IMG/VR virus record: IMGVR_UViG_3300045988_092515
Span: 1-47,370 of that record
Length of the DNA: 47,370 bases
Source of the DNA: a virus
Direction: 5' to 3' (one strand)
Shown here: piece by piece, positions 1 through 8,672 of the stretch
How the letters are laid out: every line of letters starts with the position of its first letter
Position numbering within the stretch: position 1 is the stretch's first letter
Notes under the pieces: generated by a model
What the model was told of the DNA's origin: nothing
The model's database searches: none
What the model saw: the letters and a program-made list of their open reading frames with translations, nothing else
Translations under genes and position numbers: made by a program

Positions 1-55
1 CCAACAGAGGTGCTGCAAGGCCGTATCGTTGATTACGATGAACGAACGGCAGAGC
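1..55. repeat. Terminal direct repeat copy 1 (identical to 47316..47370). This overlap closes a circular or circularly permuted genome.
   Basis: The first 55 nt (ccaacagaggtgctgcaaggccg...acggcagagc) recur exactly as the last 55 nt of the window. Confidence 0.95.
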
Positions 56-714
56 TGGTTATTCGGGTGCCCTACCGCGATTGGGAGTTAATGACTAAGC
101 GGCAGTACAAGAAGTGCTTGGTGCAGCCCATTGATAGCAGACCACTATCTGACAGGCAACGTAAAGCCTGTTACGCCCTTCTTGGTGAAATTGCTGACTA
201 CACCGGGGAGGGCAAGGATATGACAAAGGAGCGCATGAAGCTAAAGTATCTTCTGGAAGACACGGAGGATATGGGAAATCAAATCTTTTCCCTGAGCAAC
301 GCTCCTATGTCCCTGGTTTGCGGGTTCCAGCGTTTCCTAGTGCGATTCATCGTTGATTGGGACATTCCGACACGATTCCCGCTGTTGGATATGGTAGACG
401 ATATAGGGGATTACCTGTATAGCTGCCTAGCACACAAAAAATGCTGCATCACCGGTAGACCGGCCCAACTCCACCACATTGATCGGGTGGGCGCTGGGCG
501 AGACAGGACAGACATAGTGCATGAGGGGATGGAGGTTTTACCTCTGTCCCCAGAGATGCACCAGCTAGCCCACACGATGCCGGACAGCGAGTTTTTCGAG
601 CGGTACCACCTGCCGGGTGGTATCGTCCTGGACAAAACGCTCTGCAAAGTCTGGCACCTGAAAAGGAGGAAGGACAATGGAAAACCTGCTGTTGACCAAG
701 AAAGAAGCGGCTGA
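1..714 (+). CDS. HNH/His-Me-finger-like nuclease-domain protein (DUF968-like). Its true start lies across the circular junction at 47307.
   Basis: The frame is open from base 1. The C-terminal part carries CCITGRPAQLHHIDRVGAGRDR...LPLSPEMHQLAH. The gene follows an annealing-protein gene, as is common in phage recombination modules. Confidence 0.6.
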   Translation, partial: PTEVLQGRIVDYDERTAELVIRVPYRDWELMTKRQYKKCLVQPIDSRPLSDRQRKACYALLGEIADYTGEGKDMTKERMKLKYLLEDTEDMGNQIFSLSNAPMSLVCGFQRFLVRFIVDWDIPTRFPLLDMVDDIGDYLYSCLAHKKCCITGRPAQLHHIDRVGAGRDRTDIVHEGMEVLPLSPEMHQLAHTMPDSEFFERYHLPGGIVLDKTLCKVWHLKRRKDNGKPAVDQERSG

Positions 715-892
715 TTGCCTGAGAATCAGTGTTGCAACGCTCGACTGTATCCGCAAGTGCGGATTCATCAAACCGATTAAGATCGGCGCTAGGGTGTACT
801 ACACGCCTGCTGAGCTGCGTCGGTTACTGGAGAAGAAAGAGATTCCTACGTTCATCGAGCGCAACGAAGTGCCCGGAACGTACAGACTGTAA
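677..892 (+). CDS. Excisionase-family (MerR-like) helix-turn-helix DNA-binding protein
   Basis: LLTKKEAADCLRISVATLDCIRKCGFIKPIKIGARVYYTPAELRRLL. GGAGGA lies just upstream of the ATG. Confidence 0.7.
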   Translation: MENLLLTKKEAADCLRISVATLDCIRKCGFIKPIKIGARVYYTPAELRRLLEKKEIPTFIERNEVPGTYRL

Positions 893-907
893 GGAGGATA
901 TACCATC

Positions 908-1303
908 ATGGTAAACCGCTTGATTTTGCAGGGCCGTTTGGTGGCCCAGCCCGAACTTCGACACACCCAGAGCGGCGTTGCTGTTGCATCGTTTCGGGTG
1001 GCGTGGAGCCGTAAATACAAGGAAACGGAAACCAAGCTGTTCTTAAACTGTGTGGCTTGGCGTGGCACTGCTGAGATGCTCTGCAAGTATTTCGGCAAGG
1101 GCCAGGAGATCGTCGTAGAGGGCGAGTTGAACACCAGAGGCTACACCGACCGGGATGGGAACGATCGGCAGGTGACAGAGTTGATTGTGTCGCAGGCTCA
1201 TTTCTGTGGGCCGAAGGGTGGCGGGAACAATCAACCGAGCGGGAACTATACTGAACCGGAGTTCAGTGACCTCACGGGAGATGATGGAGAGCTGCCCTTC
1301 TGA
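908..1303 (+). CDS. ssb: Single-stranded DNA-binding protein
   Basis: OB-fold pattern NRLILQGRLVAQPELRHTQSGVAVASFRVA...EIVVEGELNTRGYTDRDGNDRQVTELIV, a Gly-rich linker and the acidic tail DDGELPF. AAGGAGG RBS. Confidence 0.9.
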   Translation: MVNRLILQGRLVAQPELRHTQSGVAVASFRVAWSRKYKETETKLFLNCVAWRGTAEMLCKYFGKGQEIVVEGELNTRGYTDRDGNDRQVTELIVSQAHFCGPKGGGNNQPSGNYTEPEFSDLTGDDGELPF

Positions 1304-1333
1304 TAGGGCGGCTCTAGGAGTAGGAGGCAAACG

Positions 1334-2113
1334 ATGGAAGAAAGATCGACTTTCCAATTTTTTCGTTCCTTTTATGATGCGGCGCGAAAAATCCCCGACA
1401 AGGAAATGCAGGCAGACTTTTTATTGGCTATCTGCGAATACGCATTGAACGGGAACCCCCCGGAAGAAACCGGCATCATCGGCGCTTTGTTTGAACTGGT
1501 GAAGCCTAATCTGGATACCAGTCGCAAGCGGGCACAAGCTGGACGCGTTGGCGGCGAAGCAAAGCGAAGCAACACGGAAGCAAATGCAAAGCAAGACGAA
1601 GCAAAGTCTAGCAAAGCGCAAAACCCCGTAAGCGATGGGGAAGGGGAAGAAGAAGGGGATGTAGATGTAGATGGGGATGTAGAAGAAAAGAAAAGGGAAA
1701 AAGAAAATGCGGCATCCGCCAAGACGTTGCCGCCCTCCCCTCCCAGACCTCAAATCCCCTATGATTCCATCCGGGATGCATACAACGAAATCTGCGCGTC
1801 GTTTCCCCGCTGTACGGCTATCAACGAAAGTCGGAAAAAGGCGATTCGGGCCAGGTTCAACGCTGGGTATACGCTGGATGATTTTCGACAGTTGTTCCAC
1901 AAGGCCGAAAACAGCAGTTTCCTCCGGGGGCGGAATGACCGCAACTGGTCGGCAACGTTCGATTGGCTGGTGAAGGATTCCAACATGGCAAAGGTGTTAG
2001 AGGGAAATTACGACGATTCCGGGGCTAGATCTGGCCCTGCTCCTAAGCAGCCGAAACGGCAGAGTTGGGCAGACCTGGCCCGGCAGATGGACGAAGAGGA
2101 GGGAGTATCATGA
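1334..2113 (+). CDS. Replisome organizer / replication initiator (conserved phage C-terminal domain of the Phg_2220_C type)
   Basis: C-terminal IPYDSIRDAYNEICASFPRCTAINESRKKAIRARF...FLRGRNDRNWSATFDWLVKDSNMAKVLEGNY. An acidic low-complexity linker is encoded by a C-free repeat tract. Confidence 0.6.
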   Translation: MEERSTFQFFRSFYDAARKIPDKEMQADFLLAICEYALNGNPPEETGIIGALFELVKPNLDTSRKRAQAGRVGGEAKRSNTEANAKQDEAKSSKAQNPVSDGEGEEEGDVDVDGDVEEKKREKENAASAKTLPPSPPRPQIPYDSIRDAYNEICASFPRCTAINESRKKAIRARFNAGYTLDDFRQLFHKAENSSFLRGRNDRNWSATFDWLVKDSNMAKVLEGNYDDSGARSGPAPKQPKRQSWADLARQMDEEEGVS

Positions 2114-2847
2114 CTAGGCAAGAAACCGGCATCATCATGGATATCCTGACCACGGCCTACCCGACTTTCTACAACGGCAGAAACGCTCCTGATATGCGGA
2201 TGACAGTAAATCTTTGGGCGGAAATGTTCGCAGAGGACGATGTGAAGATCGTTGCGGCGGCTGTGAAAGCCTTGATTGCGACGGATGACAAGGGTTTCCC
2301 GCCACATATCGGGGCTGTGAAGGGCCGGATTCGGCAAATCAGCAACCCGGATGAAATGACCGAGCAGGAAGCGTGGGCGCTGATTTCCAAAGCGCTGCGT
2401 GATGGATATTATAACGCAGAAGCGGAATTCGCCAAACTGCCGCCGCTGGTGCAGGACGTTGTACACGATCCCAGGCAGTTGCGGGAATGGTCGATGATGG
2501 ACGAATCGACCGTGCAATCTGTCGTTGCATCCAATGTTCAGCGCAGTTTTCGGGCAAAGGCCCAGAGTAGGCGAGATTTTGAAGCTCTTCCCAAGGACGT
2601 GCAGGTGTTGGCAAAAACATTTGCCGCCGCTCTGCCACAGATGCCGGAAGAACCAAAACCGGCGGCATTGCCGCCCAGGGTGCGGACGGTGGAGGATATC
2701 AAGGCCGACATGGAGAAAACCAAAGCTATCCTGATGCAGCAGGCCGGGACGAAAAAGAAGCCTGCTGACTACACGCCACCTACGCCGGTAGACTGGGAAC
2801 GGCAGAGACAGGATGCGTTGCGTAGATTCCGGGAGGTGGCGCAGTGA
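2110..2847 (+). CDS. Replicative helicase loader/inhibitor (G39P-like)
   Basis: MTRQETGIIMDILTTAYPTFY...VNLWAEMFAEDDVKIVAAAVKALIATDDKGFPPHIGAV. ATGA overlap with the upstream gene. The ORF-track start at 2065 lacks an RBS. Confidence 0.6.
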   Translation: MTRQETGIIMDILTTAYPTFYNGRNAPDMRMTVNLWAEMFAEDDVKIVAAAVKALIATDDKGFPPHIGAVKGRIRQISNPDEMTEQEAWALISKALRDGYYNAEAEFAKLPPLVQDVVHDPRQLREWSMMDESTVQSVVASNVQRSFRAKAQSRRDFEALPKDVQVLAKTFAAALPQMPEEPKPAALPPRVRTVEDIKADMEKTKAILMQQAGTKKKPADYTPPTPVDWERQRQDALRRFREVAQ

Positions 2848-3242
2848 ACGAAGTTAGACGGGTGGCTTTTTTTACCATCCCCTACCCGGAAACCAAGCGG
2901 GGTATGACGGCGTGGAATAAACGGTTTAGCCTGAACGCCTACTATTCCGGGAAAAACTACCACCAGCGGAAACGTGATGCTGACGATATCCACCTGTTGA
3001 CTAGCATAGCTCTAAAACGGGCTAGAGTGAGGAAGGACCTGGTAAAAACGCCCGTGCAGGTGATTTTCTACTGGGACGATGGGCTTGATGTAGATAATCA
3101 CGCAGTCCTGGGGAAGATGATCGTCGATGCACTGAAAGGCTGGATTTTACCGAACGATAACCGCCGCTGGTACAGGAAGGTATCACACGAATTTTGGGAA
3201 CGCCAGGAAATCGGCGTGGAGGTCGTGGAGTGGGAGAAGTAA
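2844..3242 (+). CDS. RusA-like Holliday junction resolvase (putative)
   Basis: GLDVDNHAVLGKMIVDALKGWILPNDNRRW resembles the RusA D-x-DN...DAL...DD motif. GTG start overlaps the upstream stop. Confidence 0.45.
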   Translation: MNEVRRVAFFTIPYPETKRGMTAWNKRFSLNAYYSGKNYHQRKRDADDIHLLTSIALKRARVRKDLVKTPVQVIFYWDDGLDVDNHAVLGKMIVDALKGWILPNDNRRWYRKVSHEFWERQEIGVEVVEWEK

Positions 3243-3278
3243 CCATTTCCGTGACCCCGCGAAAAAGGAGGAAAACCA

Positions 3279-3851
3279 ATGATCAAAATCAAGAAAAACT
3301 GCACCTTGGAAACGACATGGAAGGAACTGAAGGACGATATTGAGTCCGCGTCTAACCCGCTGAATGTCGGCGATGAAATCGACATTATGCTGAAAACTGG
3401 CGAAAAAGTCACGCTGGTGTGTGAACGTGCAGGGCATAGGAGCGCAACGTTTTTTACGAAAAACCTGCTCGAAGATACTCACTGCATGAATGAGAACCGG
3501 AAAGCAAAAAACGGTGAGCAGTTGAGTACGATGGAGGCATATCTGGGCAAGCTCTTCCGCTTGTTGCCGTACGATTTGCAAGAAGTTGTAACTGAGCCGC
3601 TCCGATTGTTGCGAGAGAAGGAAGTCTTTGGAAAAAACAACTACGGGAATGAAGAATTGTGCGAAGTACTCCATCGTTACTCTGAGAAGGAAAACCGGGT
3701 TAAAACGCTGAACGGCGTCCCATTTCCATACTGGTTGGCATCCCCGCATGCGGAAGACCCCGCGTACTTTTGCACTGTGACCGACGGCGGCAACAGCGGC
3801 AACAACGACGCCAGCCACAGCCGCGGTGTTTGCTTCGGCTTCGACATTTAA
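3279..3851 (+). CDS. Hypothetical protein
   Basis: AGGAGG RBS and a 190-aa ORF. The C-terminal YWLASPHAED...SRGVCFGFDI was not assigned to a family. Confidence 0.5.
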   Translation: MIKIKKNCTLETTWKELKDDIESASNPLNVGDEIDIMLKTGEKVTLVCERAGHRSATFFTKNLLEDTHCMNENRKAKNGEQLSTMEAYLGKLFRLLPYDLQEVVTEPLRLLREKEVFGKNNYGNEELCEVLHRYSEKENRVKTLNGVPFPYWLASPHAEDPAYFCTVTDGGNSGNNDASHSRGVCFGFDI

Positions 3852-3902
3852 TCTAAAATCTAACAATCGCGGGGCCTTGTGTCCCGCATAGGAGGAAAAC
3901 AA

Positions 3903-4454
3903 ATGAATGAATTGAACCAATACGGTATTCTGTCGGGCAACGAAATCCGGCAGCGCATGTCCAAAGGGGATATTATCATCAAGCCGTTCGACCCGGCCCA
4001 GCTTGGGCCGAACAGCTACAACCTGCGCCTGCATCCCAAAATGCTTGCGTATACAGAAGCTGTCCTGGACCCCAAACGGGACAACCGTACACGGGAGATC
4101 ATCATCCCGCCGGAGGGCTACGTGTTGAAGCCTGGAAGGGTGTACATAGCGTCCACGGAGGAGTGGACCGAGACCCGGAACCTGGTCCCCATGCTGGTTG
4201 GGCGCTCCTCTGTGGGGCGTCTGGGACTGGGTGTCCACGTCACAGCAGGGTTTGGGGATGTTGGATTCCGTGGGCGGTGGACACTCGAAATGGTGGCAAC
4301 AGAACCTGTGAGAGTGTACCCTGGCATGGAAATCTGCCAAATCTACTACCACACCGTGTGTGGCGAGATTTTGGATGAATACGTTGGGAAATACGTCGGC
4401 CAAGAGGCGGCTACTCCGTCCCGGCTCTTCCAGGAGATGGGGGATGCAGAATGA
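3903..4454 (+). CDS. dcd: dCTP deaminase (dUTPase superfamily)
   Basis: GILSGNEIRQRM...IIKPFDPAQLGPNSYNLRLH...GRSSVGRLGLGVHVTAGFGDVGFRGRWTLEM. AGGAGG lies 7 nt before the ATG at 3903. Confidence 0.85.
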   Translation: MNELNQYGILSGNEIRQRMSKGDIIIKPFDPAQLGPNSYNLRLHPKMLAYTEAVLDPKRDNRTREIIIPPEGYVLKPGRVYIASTEEWTETRNLVPMLVGRSSVGRLGLGVHVTAGFGDVGFRGRWTLEMVATEPVRVYPGMEICQIYYHTVCGEILDEYVGKYVGQEAATPSRLFQEMGDAE

Positions 4455-4816
4455 AAGATTTGCACACCCTGGACAAATACCGAGACAGGGATTTTGGGTA
4501 CCGTATCTACGGCGGACCCGGCGACGCCGGTAACGGTGCTTTCAAAGTTTACGTAGGCGGAAGATCGTTTTTCTGTATCGCCAGCAATGGCGGGGGTTGG
4601 GAGCATGTCAGCGTGTCACCCTGCAACCGCAAACGGGCCACGCCGCCTACCTGGGCTGAAATGTGCGAGATCAAGCACATGTTCTTTGAGGACGAGGAAG
4701 CTGTTGTACAGTACCACCCGCCCAAGAGTGAGTATGTGAACAACCATCCATACTGCCTGCACCTATGGCGGCCTACGGGGGTGGAAATGCCAAAGCCGCC
4801 GAAAATTTTTGTGTGA
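4451..4816 (+). CDS. Conserved phage protein of unknown function
   Basis: GGGWEHVSVS...PTWAEMCEIKHMFFEDEEAVVQYHPPKSEYVNNHPYCLHLWRP is a motif recurrent in phage early regions. ATGA overlap. Confidence 0.6.
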   Translation: MKDLHTLDKYRDRDFGYRIYGGPGDAGNGAFKVYVGGRSFFCIASNGGGWEHVSVSPCNRKRATPPTWAEMCEIKHMFFEDEEAVVQYHPPKSEYVNNHPYCLHLWRPTGVEMPKPPKIFV

Positions 4817-4829
4817 TGGAGGGAAAAGC

Positions 4830-4997
4830 ATGAAAAGTTATATTGAAGAAGCGTTCCAGCGGTTGCGCGGATACTGCGACAAGAAACCAAATTGCGACAA
4901 TTGTCGTTTTGCCGACAATGAAGGGCACTGTGTTATGTATAACACTGTCCCATCTGATTGGAAGATGCCGAAAGAAAGTGAGGAAGGCAATGACTGA
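4830..4997 (+). CDS. Small Cys-rich protein
   Basis: GGAGGG RBS and KKPNCDNCRFADNEGHCVMY. Confidence 0.45.
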   Translation: MKSYIEEAFQRLRGYCDKKPNCDNCRFADNEGHCVMYNTVPSDWKMPKESEEGND

Positions 4998-5289
4998 CTA
5001 CATCGACCGAGAAGCGTTGCTAAAGGCGATTAGCAAAGTGGGCGGAAGCCCTCTCAGCGAGTGGGACACTGTGGGAGTGGTTAGCCTGGTTGTAAACCAG
5101 CCTGCCGCCGATGTGTCCCCGGTGCGGCGGGGGCAATGGAAGCCAGCTGGGTTCGTATTTATGGGCGAATCCGTGGACTGCTCAGAATGTGGGTACAGAA
5201 TTGCTACTAGCATTGGCCGTGGCTGGAACTACTGCCCCAACTGCGGCGCGAAAATGGAGGTAGAGTATGACGAAAGAGGACGCGATTAA
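4990..5289 (+). CDS. Zinc-ribbon protein (paralog of 5267..5581)
   Basis: MTDYIDREALL...VDCSECGYRI...NYCPNCGAKMEVE. The ATG at 4990 overlaps the upstream gene end. Confidence 0.55.
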   Translation: MTDYIDREALLKAISKVGGSPLSEWDTVGVVSLVVNQPAADVSPVRRGQWKPAGFVFMGESVDCSECGYRIATSIGRGWNYCPNCGAKMEVEYDERGRD

Positions 5290-5581
5290 AGAGCTAGAGC
5301 TGCTGCACGTTACAACAGCGGCACCGGCAGGCAGCGTAGCAGGTGAATCATGCCGCGCAGTAAATGATGCGCTAGATATGGCTATCAAGGCTCTAAGGGA
5401 GCCACCGAGAGTACGCGCACACTGGGGACGATACAGAGATATCATACAATGCTCCAACTGTGGATTTGGGATGTTCCCAATAGCCTATGTTTTTGATAAA
5501 GGAGACTGCGTGGGAACCAATGTTATTCCTAGAAATTGCCCAGAATGCAATGCAATGATGGAGGTGCAAAATGGCAACTGA
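5267..5581 (+). CDS. Zinc-ribbon protein (paralog of 4990..5289)
   Basis: IQCSNCGFGMF...RNCPECNAMMEVQ. Same architecture as the preceding ORF. Confidence 0.55.
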   Translation: MTKEDAIKELELLHVTTAAPAGSVAGESCRAVNDALDMAIKALREPPRVRAHWGRYRDIIQCSNCGFGMFPIAYVFDKGDCVGTNVIPRNCPECNAMMEVQNGN

Positions 5582-5813
5582 TTTTGAAAAAAAGAAAGAG
5601 GAAATACGCTCGATTCTGGACGGAATAGAGCAAGAGGCCGAAACACTCCTGAAAAACATCGCAAAATTCCGAAAGGATTTAGAAGATGTGGACGAAAAAA
5701 CGGAATTCAGAGCATTCGACGCAGAGCACGACTTGGAACGTTACTTGGGAAGATATATAGCTTTATATATCTTATTAGAGAAGGAGAAGGAGAATGACAT
5801 TAGAACAAGCTAG
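5571..5813 (+). CDS. Hypothetical coiled-coil protein
   Basis: 80-aa ORF that overlaps both neighbours and has charged helical composition. Confidence 0.45.
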   Translation: MATDFEKKKEEIRSILDGIEQEAETLLKNIAKFRKDLEDVDEKTEFRAFDAEHDLERYLGRYIALYILLEKEKENDIRTS

Positions 5814-6096
5814 AGAGTGGCTCCAACGCCACGCCGACAACACGCCCATGCCTGGGGCGCGGGAGGCGTATCGGACTATTCTGGAGGCGCTTGATGGTAT
5901 GCGGTGGAGACCAGGCAGCGAGAAGCCGACAAAGGCTGGAGAAAAAGCTGTTTGCATCACCGAGTATGGCAACGTGGTTCTTGGCACAGTCATATCTTAC
6001 CAGGGAGAACTGCTGTGGGAGGAATTCACTGTGTATGGAGGAACATTTACGCCAACCAACTGGATGCCCCTGCCGGAACCGCCGGGGGTGGAATGA
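5794..6096 (+). CDS. DUF551-like phage protein
   Basis: The C-terminal ...TPTNWMPLPEPP ending is typical of DUF551. Confidence 0.5.
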   Translation: MTLEQAREWLQRHADNTPMPGAREAYRTILEALDGMRWRPGSEKPTKAGEKAVCITEYGNVVLGTVISYQGELLWEEFTVYGGTFTPTNWMPLPEPPGVE

Positions 6097-6147
6097 CAAC
6101 TAACACGTAACCGTGTTGAAATCGACACGGTTAGAAAGGAGATTAAA

Positions 6148-6366
6148 ATGACACTGACAGAACTGCAAGACAAATTGGGTGAGCAAATCGAGCTGCTTTC
6201 TGATAAGGAAACTCCACACAAAGCCAAAAAGGAACTCGCTGACGTTGCTATGGTAATCTCGTCATTGGCCAAACAAATGATTAACAACGCAGATGTTGTC
6301 CTTCGCACAGAAAAGCTAGTTTCCGAGGGAAAATTGAAAGAATCGGAAATCAAGAAAATGCTGTAA
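6148..6366 (+). CDS. Hypothetical protein
   Basis: AAGGAG RBS and a 72-aa helical ORF. Confidence 0.45.
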   Translation: MTLTELQDKLGEQIELLSDKETPHKAKKELADVAMVISSLAKQMINNADVVLRTEKLVSEGKLKESEIKKML

Positions 6367-7109
6367 TGGGCGGGAAGAAGTACACTCAGGAACAAGTGGA
6401 CTGGATAGGTTGCAATTTTGCAGCCTATCCTACCACAAAAACGCTCACAGAAGCGTTTAATCTGCAATTCGGGGAAAGTAGGACGGAAAGCTCAGTTGCT
6501 CAAACAGCTACTAGAAGGTGCGGCTTAAAGCGCTGGCCCCGTCAATGCTTCACCGAAAAAGAAAACGCTTGGCTTATCGAGAATTATAGCAAAATGAAAG
6601 CCGAGCTTCTGACGGAAAAATTTTGTGCCAAATTCGGACATAAGTGTAAACCGAGGACTATTATCGGGCATTGCAACAGTATTCTAGGCATCCATTCAGG
6701 TAGAAAAAATTTTCCAAAAGGAAACACCCCTTGGAAAGTTTGTGATATTGGGCAAGAAAAGAAAGGGAGTAACGGCTATACTCTCGTGAAAGTCAGCAAC
6801 AAAAAAACGACAAGGGAAAGTAAGGACAGGCACGATAATTGGAAGTTTAAACATATCCTTATTTGGGAACAACATCATGGAAAAGTACCAAAAGATCACA
6901 TGGTTGTTTTTTTGGATGGAGATAGAGAGAATTTTTCTATCGAAAATTTAGCGTGTATCCCATTGCGTTACGCTGGAATAATGGCTAGAAATAAATGGAA
7001 CGGAAAGGGAGGGATAACAAAAACAGCCGTGAAATGGTGTGAGTTGCATTTTGCTATAAACGATGTAAAGGAAAAACGGCTTGCACAGCGAGAAATGGAG
7101 GAAGAATGA
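6366..7109 (+). CDS. HNH homing endonuclease
   Basis: GYTLVKVSN...HILIWEQHHGKVPKDHMVVFLDGDRENFSIENLACIP (HNH_3-type motif). Confidence 0.75.
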   Translation: MGGKKYTQEQVDWIGCNFAAYPTTKTLTEAFNLQFGESRTESSVAQTATRRCGLKRWPRQCFTEKENAWLIENYSKMKAELLTEKFCAKFGHKCKPRTIIGHCNSILGIHSGRKNFPKGNTPWKVCDIGQEKKGSNGYTLVKVSNKKTTRESKDRHDNWKFKHILIWEQHHGKVPKDHMVVFLDGDRENFSIENLACIPLRYAGIMARNKWNGKGGITKTAVKWCELHFAINDVKEKRLAQREMEEE

Positions 7110-7411
7110 ATATCCCGGATGAAATGAACTGCTGGAGCCAATTCCCGGCCATGGTAGGCTATGCTGCTGCACACGAGGCCCTTGCAGAGGAGTGCATGGA
7201 ATTAGCTCATGCTGCTCTAAAAATAGCTAGGTGCCTGCGCGGAGACAACCCCGTCGGAAGCTCCGTTTTGAACTATCGAAATGCGTTGGAAGAGGAATAC
7301 ACCGACGTTGTTTCCTGTGCTATTGCCCTGGGCTTGAAACCCAACGCGGATGTTTCCACTTGGAAGTGGGAACGGCACAAGAAACGACTGGAAGAAATGG
7401 AGGGGAAATAA
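7106..7411 (+). CDS. MazG-like nucleotide pyrophosphohydrolase (putative)
   Basis: A small all-helical protein with LAEECMELAHAALK and ALEEEYTDVV, which are acidic E-x-x-E / E-x-x-D motifs. Confidence 0.45.
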   Translation: MNIPDEMNCWSQFPAMVGYAAAHEALAEECMELAHAALKIARCLRGDNPVGSSVLNYRNALEEEYTDVVSCAIALGLKPNADVSTWKWERHKKRLEEMEGK

Positions 7412-7647
7412 TGGAGCTGGATATCAAGCCCTGCCCATTCTGTGGTGGAAAGGCAAAAATCATGCGAAAGGGAACTAGAAGCGGAAGAATTAGAAGTTAT
7501 TCCGTGGATTGCCCTGGGTGCCTCGCAAACGGCCCTGTATTCTGGGTTGCAGATTGGCACAGAACACCGTTTATCGCGCAAGAAAAAGCGGTGAGGGCGT
7601 GGAACAATCGCGTTGAAGTAATAGAGGAGGTTTGTGATGGAATTTAA
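7411..7647 (+). CDS. lar: Lar-family restriction alleviation protein
   Basis: LDIKPCPFCGGKAKIM...VDCPGCLANGPVF...QEKAVRAWNNR. The TAATG overlap puts the start at 7411. The longer ORF-track start at 7231 overlaps the previous gene. Confidence 0.75.
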   Translation: MELDIKPCPFCGGKAKIMRKGTRSGRIRSYSVDCPGCLANGPVFWVADWHRTPFIAQEKAVRAWNNRVEVIEEVCDGI

Positions 7648-8128
7648 AACAAAGCCCTGCCCTGTGTGCGGTGGGAAGAGTTTGCAAGTTATTGCCGTAA
7701 CTAAGGGTGATGAGACACGGTATTTTGTCCGTTGTATGAAATGCGGCCACGAAGGACCTTTTAGCCTGCGCAGTGATCTGGAAGCAAAAGGAGCTTGGAA
7801 TGGGTGCGTCGATGTGATGGAATACCAGAACGCAAAACCAGCCACCCGCAAAACCATCCTGGACGCCGCCGAAAAGTGCGTGTGCAACGACCGGCAGGAT
7901 CAATACGGAAAACCAGAGGACAGCTTTAGTGCTATCGCTGATTTGTGGACGGCCTATCTGGATATTGGCCGCGAGATCACGCCGGTTGACGTGGCGCAGA
8001 TGATGATCCTGTTAAAAGTCGGCAGGGCAAAGGAGAACCCGAAACACCAGGACAACTGGGTTGATATGGCAGGCTATGCGGCCTGTGCCGGGGAAATTGC
8101 AGCGGATGTGTACGGCAATGATTCCTAA
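7634..8128 (+). CDS. Fusion of a Lar-like zinc ribbon to a DUF6378-type domain
   Basis: N-terminal KTKPCPVCGGKS...VRCMKCGHEGPF...AKGAWNG. C-terminal CNDRQDQYGKPEDSFSAIADLWTAYL...ITPVDVAQMMILLKVGRAKENPKHQDNWVDMAGYAAC. Confidence 0.7.
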   Translation: MMEFKTKPCPVCGGKSLQVIAVTKGDETRYFVRCMKCGHEGPFSLRSDLEAKGAWNGCVDVMEYQNAKPATRKTILDAAEKCVCNDRQDQYGKPEDSFSAIADLWTAYLDIGREITPVDVAQMMILLKVGRAKENPKHQDNWVDMAGYAACAGEIAADVYGNDS

Positions 8129-8312
8129 TCCCCACCGTTGCCGGAAATGCGCCGGAGAACCCGCTGTGCAGTGCATGTACAGAATCGGGGATGATGTAGA
8201 GTTGTACCGGGTTAGATGTGAAAAATGCCAGAACACAGGAAAAACGGAGCCGACCTACGACCTAGCTGTTTTGTCCTGGAACGATGAAAACAAAGAGGAT
8301 GATTCAAAATGA
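8118..8312 (+). CDS. Third Lar-like zinc-ribbon protein
   Basis: HRCRKCAGEP...RVRCEKCQNTGKTEPTYDLAVLSWNDE. The ATG at 8118 overlaps the upstream gene end. Confidence 0.5.
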   Translation: MIPNPHRCRKCAGEPAVQCMYRIGDDVELYRVRCEKCQNTGKTEPTYDLAVLSWNDENKEDDSK

Positions 8313-8635
8313 AAATCTTTATTTCTCAGCCCATGCAGGGCAAAACCGACGCCGAAATCCTGGCAGAACGGGAGCGAGTTATCAAGGCTGCTAAGACCAA
8401 GTGGGGTGACGATGTGGAGGTTCTGGAGAGTTTCTTCCAGGGCGCTCCCGCCGAAGCAAAGCCGTTGTGGTTCCTCGGCGAAAGCTTGAAGGTCATGGCG
8501 GACGCGGATGCTGTTATCGTGTGCAAGGGATGGAGCTATGCCAGAGGGTGCAAGGTGGAGATCGCCGTCGCAGAAGCGTACAAGTTGCCGGTTTTCTTTC
8601 TGATCGGCGATAAATTGCGAGGATACAACGAGTAA
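8309..8635 (+). CDS. DUF4406 / nucleoside 2-deoxyribosyltransferase-like protein
   Basis: MKIFISQPMQGKT...MADADAVIVCKGWSYARGCKVEIAVAEAYKLPVFF. Confidence 0.65.
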   Translation: MKIFISQPMQGKTDAEILAERERVIKAAKTKWGDDVEVLESFFQGAPAEAKPLWFLGESLKVMADADAVIVCKGWSYARGCKVEIAVAEAYKLPVFFLIGDKLRGYNE

Positions 8636-8672
8636 CCTGTGCAAAAAATGCACAAGTTGGAAAGGGGAACCA

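Noticed and set aside
3183-4403. 406-aa ORF on the minus strand
   Set aside because: It lies antisense to the well-supported dcd gene and the neighbouring plus-strand genes. It has no RBS. Its Arg/Pro/His-rich composition is typical of a shadow frame.
7231-7410. Long N-terminal extension of the first Lar ORF (track start 7231)
   Set aside because: It fully overlaps the MazG-like gene in another frame. The Lar motif begins right after the ATG at 7411, which is coupled to the upstream stop (TAATG).
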